Shown here in pieces: positions 20,204 to 28,375 of a stretch of 64,000 bases of DNA (the first letter of the stretch is position 1; each line of letters begins with the position of its first letter). The stretch lies in assembly GCA_040954595.2 (NCBI GenBank), contig JBECUI020000030.1:186001-250000 (forward strand). The letters run 5' to 3'. The notes below the pieces were generated by a model, which was not told the origin of the DNA, made no database searches, and was given only the letters and a program-made list of their open reading frames with translations. The translations under genes were made by a program, and so were the position numbers. The DNA comes from Balanoglossus misakiensis (taxonomy: Eukaryota > Animalia > Hemichordata).

Positions 20204-20863
20204 CTAGAATCTTCCGAATCGATAGAAACGATTGCTCTGCCCTGCATCGTACCAACCATTATTATCCCAGTCGTTATCATACCATCTATCATTATCCCAG
20301 TTGCTATTGTATAACATCTCATTGCCCTGAAGAATTGAAAAGGTTTGAGACCCTGTCCCCTGCTTCTCTTGCTGCAAAACATATGCTTCGCCAGCATGAG
20401 CAATGATTGATTGCAAATTCTGAAGAATCGGTATCTGCTGATATCGGATAAAGTCATGTAAGCGACTAAAAAATTTCCCCATTACCGATTGCCCTGAAAA
20501 CTGTGGCAAAAAAGACTGATAGGTAGCAGCCGCATCTTCTGCTAACTGGAGTGCTACTGCAATGCTGCCCTCTAGGTTTGCAGGAATTGTTTGCCCTGCT
20601 GTTTGCGAGTTAGAGAATTTAACATCATGTTGTACTGCAACTCTCCCTATTCGCTTCCCTATGTCTTCCTTTAACCGCATAAACCGGTAAAAAACCGGTA
20701 TGTTATACTTAGCTGTCAGATCCCGATAAAATTGATAGCTTCTGTTTTCTATTTTTCCAGCTATTACCAAGCCCTTTTCCGCTTCAATAGAAAAGACTTG
20801 TGCATGTATTGCTAAGGGAACTAAATTAGAAAACAAAATTGCTATCACAACGAATTTCCTCAT
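20204..20863 (-). CDS. Secreted ferritin-like (DUF2202-like) paralog with WDND tail
   Basis: Signal peptide; clear paralogy to 18981-19601 (AQVxSxEA, KYNIPVxYRF, IRYxQIPIL); tail WDNDRWYDNDWDNNGW. Confidence 0.72.
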   Translation of the reverse strand: MRKFVVIAILFSNLVPLAIHAQVFSIEAEKGLVIAGKIENRSYQFYRDLTAKYNIPVFYRFMRLKEDIGKRIGRVAVQHDVKFSNSQTAGQTIPANLEGSIAVALQLAEDAAATYQSFLPQFSGQSVMGKFFSRLHDFIRYQQIPILQNLQSIIAHAGEAYVLQQEKQGTGSQTFSILQGNEMLYNSNWDNDRWYDNDWDNNGWYDAGQSNRFYRFGRF

Positions 20864-20964
20864 GCTTACCTTTTACCCATCTATAAAATATTAGACAACA
20901 AAGAAAAGCAATGGTTACAAAATCTAATTAAAATAGAGTATGATAGAATTTAATAGTTCACCGT

Positions 20965-22248
20965 ATGAACGATAAAACAAATCTAGCACTTGGTAAGAAC
21001 ATAATAATATCATGGACTGATGCATCAAAATCTTTCCTTGGAATTCACATCCCTGTTAAAGTACATGACCATGCCCGCACACAGCTTGCAGGTGTGGAAC
21101 GATCCTTCCTGTGCATACATAGCAATGGAAAGACCGAAATATGGAAACTAAGCGGCATTACCGAACGAACAGGCATGCTTTATCTCTACGGACCATGGAT
21201 TGATGTGCAGCAATTAACCAGTTTATCGTACCAAGATAGGCATGCTGATATACGACAAGTGTTAAGAAACGTAATGCATGCCATAGAAAAGCATTGGACG
21301 GTATCGCCATTATTATTACAGTATAATTACATCTTTGTCGGATCAGCAGGAGAAATATATATCCCATCAGAATCACTCAACACTGCTATTCGTACCCTGA
21401 CTGTGTCAGACAATATGAAAAACACACAATACTATCTTGCCTTCGCAGAAACAGAACCGCTGAGTGCACTCTTGCTTCTTCTTGCACGCAGAAACTGTAT
21501 GGGAAAGGATGATGATCTTCTTCGCCCACCCATTTTGGACCATCAACATTTATCACCTGATCTTGGTGATGCACTGGATTTCCTGTCGTACAATCAAGCC
21601 CCTAAACCGCAAGCACTTCTCGACAAGATTAGTCATGCTATGGAAAGATCAGACATCCCATCTCCAAAATTTTTACTTAAAAAAGAAAAGGCCTATCAAA
21701 AACGATTGCGTCGCGAACGATGGAAGCGAGTGAAAAAACGAGTATACCTAGCAACAACGATAGGTCTGGTTATAGTACTTCTTATCTTCTTTTCTATACA
21801 GAAACCCGCACGACCGTTCATAGGTCCGGAAGAAACAGTAAGGACGTTTTACCATGCAATTAATGAATTAAACCCGGCTCGATTATCGGAACTAACGAAA
21901 AATAATGCAGGTTCCGACATAATTAATGAAGTAACTTATCTGTTTGTCAGTAGTAGAATGCAACTTGCGGTGGAACAACGAGTAGCAATTGTGCCGCCCG
22001 ATGTATTTCAAGTAGCAGAAGAGGAAATGAAGGATGTACTTGTCTACGGTATTTCAAATCTTACACTGGAGCACGTAAGCAATGGTGATAATATAATTAT
22101 ACATGTCAGCTACGATAAATGGTTTCCGGATATCCAGGAAACAACAGGAGTTACTTATACCCGTTACCAAATCGAAGAAATATTAACGCTTGAACAGTAC
22201 GGGGACAACTATTGGTATATTACTTCGCTTGTTTCAAAAATCAATTAA
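20965..22248 (+). CDS. Hypothetical membrane-anchored protein (single central TM)
   Basis: 427-aa ORF; basic stretch followed by TM YLATTIGLVIVLLIFFSI. Confidence 0.7.
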   Translation: MNDKTNLALGKNIIISWTDASKSFLGIHIPVKVHDHARTQLAGVERSFLCIHSNGKTEIWKLSGITERTGMLYLYGPWIDVQQLTSLSYQDRHADIRQVLRNVMHAIEKHWTVSPLLLQYNYIFVGSAGEIYIPSESLNTAIRTLTVSDNMKNTQYYLAFAETEPLSALLLLLARRNCMGKDDDLLRPPILDHQHLSPDLGDALDFLSYNQAPKPQALLDKISHAMERSDIPSPKFLLKKEKAYQKRLRRERWKRVKKRVYLATTIGLVIVLLIFFSIQKPARPFIGPEETVRTFYHAINELNPARLSELTKNNAGSDIINEVTYLFVSSRMQLAVEQRVAIVPPDVFQVAEEEMKDVLVYGISNLTLEHVSNGDNIIIHVSYDKWFPDIQETTGVTYTRYQIEEILTLEQYGDNYWYITSLVSKIN

Positions 22249-22261
22249 AAAATTCAAACCA

Positions 22262-22582
22262 CTACGTCAACCGAGAGGAATTATCCGTTCCCTTTTGTAA
22301 AAAACATTGTATTTTCGTAATGCTTCGCAGAGATGGATGCACTGCATGTATCTTTTGGAGCATTGTTTCTTTGTCTTCGTTCAGGCGTTGGAGCCAAGCA
22401 GAGTGATCAACCGCTATGCGTAGATGGGATTTTTCGATAGAGAGAAGTTTGGCATGCCCCTTATACTTTACCGCAAGGTCAGTTTCCAACATCTGCGAGA
22501 GTTTTATTTCTTCTTCAAGAATTTCATAGTTTGGGATAATACGTTCAATGATCTTCCTTAGTACATCACCTGCTTTTTTCAT
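22262..22582 (-). CDS. dciA: DciA/DUF721 helicase-loader family protein
   Basis: Follows recF with ATGA overlap; LRIAVDHSAWLQRL motif. Confidence 0.75.
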   Translation of the reverse strand: MKKAGDVLRKIIERIIPNYEILEEEIKLSQMLETDLAVKYKGHAKLLSIEKSHLRIAVDHSAWLQRLNEDKETMLQKIHAVHPSLRSITKIQCFLQKGTDNSSRLT

Positions 22583-23658
22583 TTCAAAAAGCTCTCACCC
22601 GTATGTACAGTATACAGACATGTGTCTTCTTTTTCAAAACAGACATACTCTTCGTCAGGTAAGAAAGTAAAAAATGACTGTGAGTATGCCGGCAGGTTTT
22701 CCAGAAACCTGTTTCTGCATTCATTATCGAGTTCCAGTAAAACATCATCAAGAAGAAGTATGGGATCTTGTTTTGTATGCTTGGAACAGAGTAAGGCCTG
22801 CGTACTCCGTAAAACCAGGGATGCTAACCGAAGTTGCCCTGTGGATGCAACACTGAGAAAATTATGATCTCCCAACATAAATCGAATTCGATCCCGATGG
22901 GGACCAACAAGACTGGTGCCTGCAAGCAATTCGTCCCGATGTTTTTCCTGTTGTTGTGCAAGTATTTTATCTCTTTCCTCTACCTTCCATGAAGGAATGT
23001 ACTCAATACGAATATCCATTTCTTGCCCAAAAATTTTTTGAAACAAGGGTGAAAATATTTCGGCTATCCAGGCAATTATTTTCGCCCGATGCTCTTGCAC
23101 TGGTATACCGGATTCTACAAACTCTTCGTCTAGGACCGAAAGTAGATGTTTGTTCTGTTCTTTCAATACTCGATTTCTATTTTTTAGTACGCGGCGAAAG
23201 CGCCGGTAATCAGCTATGTAGAGAGGATTAGTAAGACTTATTGTCTGATCCAAGAATGTTCGCCGTTTCTGTGGGTTGCCGGTAATAAACTCTATATCCG
23301 AATGAACAAAAACTATGCTGGGAAGAATAGAAATAAGATCCTTTCGGTCTCGAACCACCTTGTCGGCAATTATAATTTCTTTCTTTTCTTTCTCACATAG
23401 AACAGAAATTTTTGTTTCTTCTCCGTTGTGGAAAATATCCCCGTTTACTGCCATGTTATTGAAACCATGTCGGCGGATAAATTCTTCTCTCCGTTCACGA
23501 AAAGATCCGGCAACACAGAGAAAATATATCGATTCTAGGAAATTCGTTTTTCCCTGCCCGTTTGGTCCAATGAATAAGACTTGAGAATAATTAAGATCTG
23601 TTTTCTTATTTACCAGATTCCTAAAGTTATAGGGAAATATACTTTCAATGCGAGACAC
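22579..23658 (-). CDS. recF: DNA replication and repair protein RecF
   Basis: NFRNL, GPNGQGKTN, GPHRD, STGQ, LLLDDVLLELD. Confidence 0.96.
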   Translation of the reverse strand: MSRIESIFPYNFRNLVNKKTDLNYSQVLFIGPNGQGKTNFLESIYFLCVAGSFRERREEFIRRHGFNNMAVNGDIFHNGEETKISVLCEKEKKEIIIADKVVRDRKDLISILPSIVFVHSDIEFITGNPQKRRTFLDQTISLTNPLYIADYRRFRRVLKNRNRVLKEQNKHLLSVLDEEFVESGIPVQEHRAKIIAWIAEIFSPLFQKIFGQEMDIRIEYIPSWKVEERDKILAQQQEKHRDELLAGTSLVGPHRDRIRFMLGDHNFLSVASTGQLRLASLVLRSTQALLCSKHTKQDPILLLDDVLLELDNECRNRFLENLPAYSQSFFTFLPDEEYVCFEKEDTCLYTVHTGESFLK

Positions 23659-23659
23659 A

Positions 23660-24760
23660 TCATACCCTCATTGGCATGATAATATGAAAATTTTCTTCAT
23701 TCTCCGGTTCTCGTAGTGTAATTACCTTATTCGGATCGGTAAACTCAATTTCTGTCTCTTTAGATGTGATAATTGTTAACGGATCTTCAAGATAAGCATA
23801 GTTTAATGCAAAGGTCATTTCCTCTCCATCATAGCCGGATGTTTGGATTTGTTCTTCTACTTTTCCCATGTCACCTTCTTCTGAACGAACTATAATTTTA
23901 CCAGATGCAATGGTTAAGAGAATACGTTTTGTTTTTTCTGTTAAAATCGATACCCGCTTAATAGCTTCAAAAATATCGTTTGTTTTTACTACTACCTTAA
24001 AACTTTGTTTGTCGGGAATGACTCGTCCGTAATCCGGGAATGTTCCTTCTATTAGAGTTGATGATATTTTATAATGCAAGAAACGGAAGAATATTCGACC
24101 CTCTTCTACAAGAATTTCAATTTCACCCTCTCCTGTACAAAGGCGTTGTACTAAATTCATTACTTTGACCGGTACAATAATGCCATCAAAATCACTTTCT
24201 CTTTCAGTTGTCTTCTTGCTAAGAGAAAGCCTTCGTCCATCCGTTGCTACCATAGTCAATCCTTTTCCGCTTGATTTAAGATAAACCCCCTGCAAAAAAT
24301 ATCGAGCTTCTTCTGCGGAAACTGCAAAAATAACTTTTCGTACCATTTCGGTAAAATCTGCTTGGGAAAGCACAAAGTATTGTTTTTCAAGTTCTACTGG
24401 CAGTTTTGGGAAATCATTTGGAGACATTGTTCTTAGATTAAATGTAACTTCTTTTTTTTCCGGGACAATAGTAACTTCTTCATTGTTTGTTGATGTAACA
24501 CTAATTCGTCCCTTCGGAAGACTTCGAAGTGCTGCAGAGATTTTTTCGCCAAAGACAGATATTATTCCATTTTCTTTTCCTTCCACCTTAACATTGGTTT
24601 CCAGAAAAATATTGCTATCCGTAGCTTTCAAACTGAGTGTGTCTTCTTGAACTTGAAATACCACATTGGCTAAAATATTTCGAAAAGTTTTTGTAGAAAT
24701 GATATCTTGCATGACCATCATTTCTTTTGCAATAAATTCTTTTTCAACACTTAATTCCAT
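23660..24760 (-). CDS. dnaN: DNA polymerase III beta clamp
   Basis: ATD, VATDGRRL, GTFPDY, C-terminal IMPMR. Confidence 0.96.
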   Translation of the reverse strand: MELSVEKEFIAKEMMVMQDIISTKTFRNILANVVFQVQEDTLSLKATDSNIFLETNVKVEGKENGIISVFGEKISAALRSLPKGRISVTSTNNEEVTIVPEKKEVTFNLRTMSPNDFPKLPVELEKQYFVLSQADFTEMVRKVIFAVSAEEARYFLQGVYLKSSGKGLTMVATDGRRLSLSKKTTERESDFDGIIVPVKVMNLVQRLCTGEGEIEILVEEGRIFFRFLHYKISSTLIEGTFPDYGRVIPDKQSFKVVVKTNDIFEAIKRVSILTEKTKRILLTIASGKIIVRSEEGDMGKVEEQIQTSGYDGEEMTFALNYAYLEDPLTIITSKETEIEFTDPNKVITLREPENEENFHIIMPMRV

Positions 24761-24764
24761 ATTT

Positions 24765-25015
24765 TTCCTCCACAATTGGTTTCTATTATCTAATATTATA
24801 CTTTATTATATTAGTTAGTAATAGTAGTAACAAGCTTCGTGTATATGTGGAAAGGAAAGGTAAATTTTCTAAAATCAACAGTAAACGGTGTTAATAAGTA
24901 CAGATGAATTCTTAAGATCATTCAGAATTTCCACAAAAATTACCCAACATCATATTACTTATGAATATGTTTCCACTGTTAATAAACAAGAAATATACAG
25001 GGTTTGCTTCAAATT
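24765..25015. other. Replication origin oriC (dnaA-dnaN intergenic)
   Basis: AT-rich stretch 24783-24812, TAG/TAA trio run 24812-24830, overlapping DnaA-like boxes cgtgtatat/tgtggaaag (24838-24854), further boxes atttccaca (24927-24935) and tgttaataa x2. Confidence 0.8.
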
Positions 25016-26353
25016 TTAATTTGTTTCTTTTATTTTTCGGGAGAGTGTTTGAATAGCATCACTAAACGAGGGATCGGTACGGATTCTGTTTTCCACCTGT
25101 TGGCAAGCATGCATAACTGTAGTATGGTCCTTGCCGCCAAACTCCAGTCCAATATCGGTTAATGAGTTTTCAGTTATTTCACGAGCAAGATACATAGCGA
25201 TATGCCGGGGAGTGATAATAGAACGTTTTCTTTTTTTCCCTTTAATATCGGAGACGGATATGTTATAGAAATCCGAAACATTCCGTTGAATGTCGCTAAT
25301 ATTAATGTTTTCAGTTGTCTTGTTAGTAAACATATGCTTCAACTGTCGTTTTGCAACCTCTAGGGTAATTTCCTGGTTTACAAGATCAGAGTAGGCAATT
25401 ACTTGCGTTAAAGCTGCTTCCAAATCGCGAATATTTGTTGTTACTTGCTGGCAGATGTAGGTAATGACTTCTTCTGGAACATATACATCGGATTTTGTCA
25501 GTTTCTTTTTAAGAATTGCAATTGCGGTTTCCATTTTTGGTGGCTGCAGGTCGACCGTCAATCCACGGTTAAACCGACTTTGTAGCCGTTCGGTAATGTC
25601 TTTAATCTCACTTACTGGGCGGTCACTTGAAAACACCATTTGTTTTTTTGCCTGAAACAAGGTATCGAAGGTATGAAAAAGTTCTTCTTGGGTTTCATGC
25701 TTTTTTTGTAGAAAGTGTATATCATCAATGAGAAGAACGTCGGTATGCCGGTATTCATTTTTGAATTTGTATATTTTGTTTTCTTGGATTGCTCTAATGA
25801 ATTCGTTGGTAAATTTTTCAGCGGTTACATAGGTAACCTTTATATCATTGAAGGATTTAAGTGCTTCGTTGCCGATTGACTGAAGCAAATGTGTTTTTCC
25901 TAATCCAACGCCACCGTATATCAGACAGGGATTGTAAGCAGTTCCCAAGTTTTTACTAATGGCGAAAGAAGCATGTGCGGCAAGGCTATTGTTCTCTCCT
26001 ATTACAAAGTTTTCAAACGTGTACTCTTCATTTAATACGCTTTTCGATTTTTTGGGGTAGGGTATTGCTTTGCTTTTTTGTACACTCGTCGATTTTTTTC
26101 CCTTGTTTGTTATAATAATAAATTCTATTTCAATGGAATTACCGGTCAGCTCTTCCAGTACTTCATGCATCCTGGACAGGTAACGTTGCTTTAATTGTTC
26201 TCTATAAAAGGTTGAGGGCACAGCAAGAAAAATCGTATTGTTTTTGAAGGCATTGTACTGGATATCATTAAACCAGGTAAGAAATTCTTCTTTTGATATA
26301 TCTTTTTTTATTTCTTCTAATACGTTTGACCAAAGCGAACTCTTTGATATCAT
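25016..26353 (-). CDS. dnaA: Chromosomal replication initiator DnaA
   Basis: YTFENFV, YGGVGLGKTHL, LLIDDI, QEELFHTF, NIRDLE, GGKDHTTV; GGGAGGAG RBS. Confidence 0.98.
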   Translation of the reverse strand: MISKSSLWSNVLEEIKKDISKEEFLTWFNDIQYNAFKNNTIFLAVPSTFYREQLKQRYLSRMHEVLEELTGNSIEIEFIIITNKGKKSTSVQKSKAIPYPKKSKSVLNEEYTFENFVIGENNSLAAHASFAISKNLGTAYNPCLIYGGVGLGKTHLLQSIGNEALKSFNDIKVTYVTAEKFTNEFIRAIQENKIYKFKNEYRHTDVLLIDDIHFLQKKHETQEELFHTFDTLFQAKKQMVFSSDRPVSEIKDITERLQSRFNRGLTVDLQPPKMETAIAILKKKLTKSDVYVPEEVITYICQQVTTNIRDLEAALTQVIAYSDLVNQEITLEVAKRQLKHMFTNKTTENINISDIQRNVSDFYNISVSDIKGKKRKRSIITPRHIAMYLAREITENSLTDIGLEFGGKDHTTVMHACQQVENRIRTDPSFSDAIQTLSRKIKETN

Positions 26354-26420
26354 CAATTTGCTCCTCCCTTTTCAAAACACGCTCATATGTTATAAAATGA
26401 TTGCAGGGTAAGGTAATTTT

Positions 26421-28352
26421 ATGGTATCAGAAAATTCGTTTACAAAGCAATACTCAGCTGAAAATATTCAAGTCTTAAAGGGACTCGAAGGCGTGAGAAA
26501 ACGTCCCAGTATGTACATTGGATCAACAGGAACTAGCGGTTTACACCACTTGGTTTATGAAATTGTAGATAATAGCATCGATGAAGCACTTGCGGGACAC
26601 TGTGATACAATTACGGTAACCCTTGAACAAGATTCTGTTGTAAAAGTTGAAGATAATGGGCGTGGAATACCGGTTGAGATACATTCGGAAGAAAAAGTAA
26701 GTGGGCTTGAGCTCGTTATGACAAAACTACACGCAGGCGGAAAATTTGATAAGAATACGTATAAAATATCAGGTGGTCTGCATGGTGTGGGAATTTCTGT
26801 TGTAAATGCATTATCCGAGTGGTGCGAGGCAGAAGTTCATCGGAATGGGGTCATTCATCTGCAACGTTATCGTCATGGCGTTACTGATAGTCCCATTCAA
26901 ACTATAGGAAAAAGCGAGAAAAGCGGTACTATTATTCGCTTTCGTCCTGATGCGAGCATTTTTTCTACTACTGATTTTGGTTTTGATGTCCTTTCAACCC
27001 GACTGCGGGAACTTGCTTTTTTGAATCGTGGTGTTACAATCAAAATAATCGATCAACGTTTGGATGAACCAAAAAGCGTTACCTATATCTATAACGGTGG
27101 AATTCAGGAGTTTGTTACTTTTTTGAATAGTCGCAAATCATCTATCCACCCGAATGCGATATATGTTTCTCGGGAAATAGATGGCGTTGTAGTTGAGATT
27201 GCATTGGCATACAACCATTCATATAACGAGGCTGTTTTTTCGTATGTAAACAGTGTTAGCACTCGTGAGGGTGGTACACATTTATCAGGGTTTAAGAGTG
27301 GATTAACCAAGGTAATGAACACACTTCTCCGCAGTTCGAAATCTGCGAAAAAATTTGATGACACTTTTGAGGGGGAAGACGTACGAGAGGGATTAACAGC
27401 AATAATTTCTCTTAAAATTCCTCATCCGCAATTTGAAGGTCAGACAAAAACGAAGCTGGGCAATACGGAAATAAAGCCTATTGTAGAGACAATAGTGCGT
27501 GAAGAGTTGGAATTGCTTCTTTCCACGCAAACAGACTTAAAAGAGCTCATTATCAAAAAATGTTTAGCGGCTGCTACAGCACGAATTGCTGCGCGCCGTG
27601 CTCGAGATGTAGTTCGAAGGAAGAATGTGCTTGACAGTTCCGGGCTTCCCGGTCTTCTTGTTGATTGTAGCGAGAAAAACACCGATCGAACAGAAATCTA
27701 CATTGTAGAGGGTAATTCGGCTGGAGGTAGTGCGAAACAGGGGCGAGACCGTAGGTTTCAGGCGGTACTTCCAATCTGGGGCAAGATGCTCAATGTAGAA
27801 AAGACACATATTGAGAAGGTCTTGATAAACGATAAACTCAATCCTATCATTGTATCGCTTGGTGCAGGTATCGGCGATACTTTTAATGTTGAGAAAATTA
27901 GATATAATAAAGTTATTATTATGGCTGATGCCGATGTTGATGGTTCTCACATTCGTACGCTGTTGCTGACCTTCTTTTTCCGGTATATGCAAGAGATGAT
28001 CAGTGAAGAGCGGGTGTACATAGCTATGCCGCCTCTTTTCCGAATTGCACACGGGAAGCAGTTATACTATGCCTATACTGATAGTGAACGAGATCAACGA
28101 TTACGGGAAATTCGTTCAGAGAAGGGAGATGTAAACATCACCGTACAACGCTATAAGGGAATTGGCGAAATGAACGCCGATCAACTTTGGGATACAACGA
28201 TGAATCCTGATACACGTAATATTATGCGTATTACGATGGATGATGCAATAAAAGCAGATGAAATATTTTCTATGCTTATGGGTGAAGAGGTACAACCCCG
28301 TAGAATCTTCATAGAAGAAAACGCACTTAATGTAAAAAATCTTGATATATAA
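26421..28352 (+). CDS. gyrB: DNA gyrase subunit B
   Basis: VRKRPSMYIG, LHAGGKF, GGLHGVG, MADADVDG, QRYKG. Confidence 0.97.
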   Translation: MVSENSFTKQYSAENIQVLKGLEGVRKRPSMYIGSTGTSGLHHLVYEIVDNSIDEALAGHCDTITVTLEQDSVVKVEDNGRGIPVEIHSEEKVSGLELVMTKLHAGGKFDKNTYKISGGLHGVGISVVNALSEWCEAEVHRNGVIHLQRYRHGVTDSPIQTIGKSEKSGTIIRFRPDASIFSTTDFGFDVLSTRLRELAFLNRGVTIKIIDQRLDEPKSVTYIYNGGIQEFVTFLNSRKSSIHPNAIYVSREIDGVVVEIALAYNHSYNEAVFSYVNSVSTREGGTHLSGFKSGLTKVMNTLLRSSKSAKKFDDTFEGEDVREGLTAIISLKIPHPQFEGQTKTKLGNTEIKPIVETIVREELELLLSTQTDLKELIIKKCLAAATARIAARRARDVVRRKNVLDSSGLPGLLVDCSEKNTDRTEIYIVEGNSAGGSAKQGRDRRFQAVLPIWGKMLNVEKTHIEKVLINDKLNPIIVSLGAGIGDTFNVEKIRYNKVIIMADADVDGSHIRTLLLTFFFRYMQEMISEERVYIAMPPLFRIAHGKQLYYAYTDSERDQRLREIRSEKGDVNITVQRYKGIGEMNADQLWDTTMNPDTRNIMRITMDDAIKADEIFSMLMGEEVQPRRIFIEENALNVKNLDI

Positions 28353-28375
28353 TTATTAATCTATAAGGAATCACA

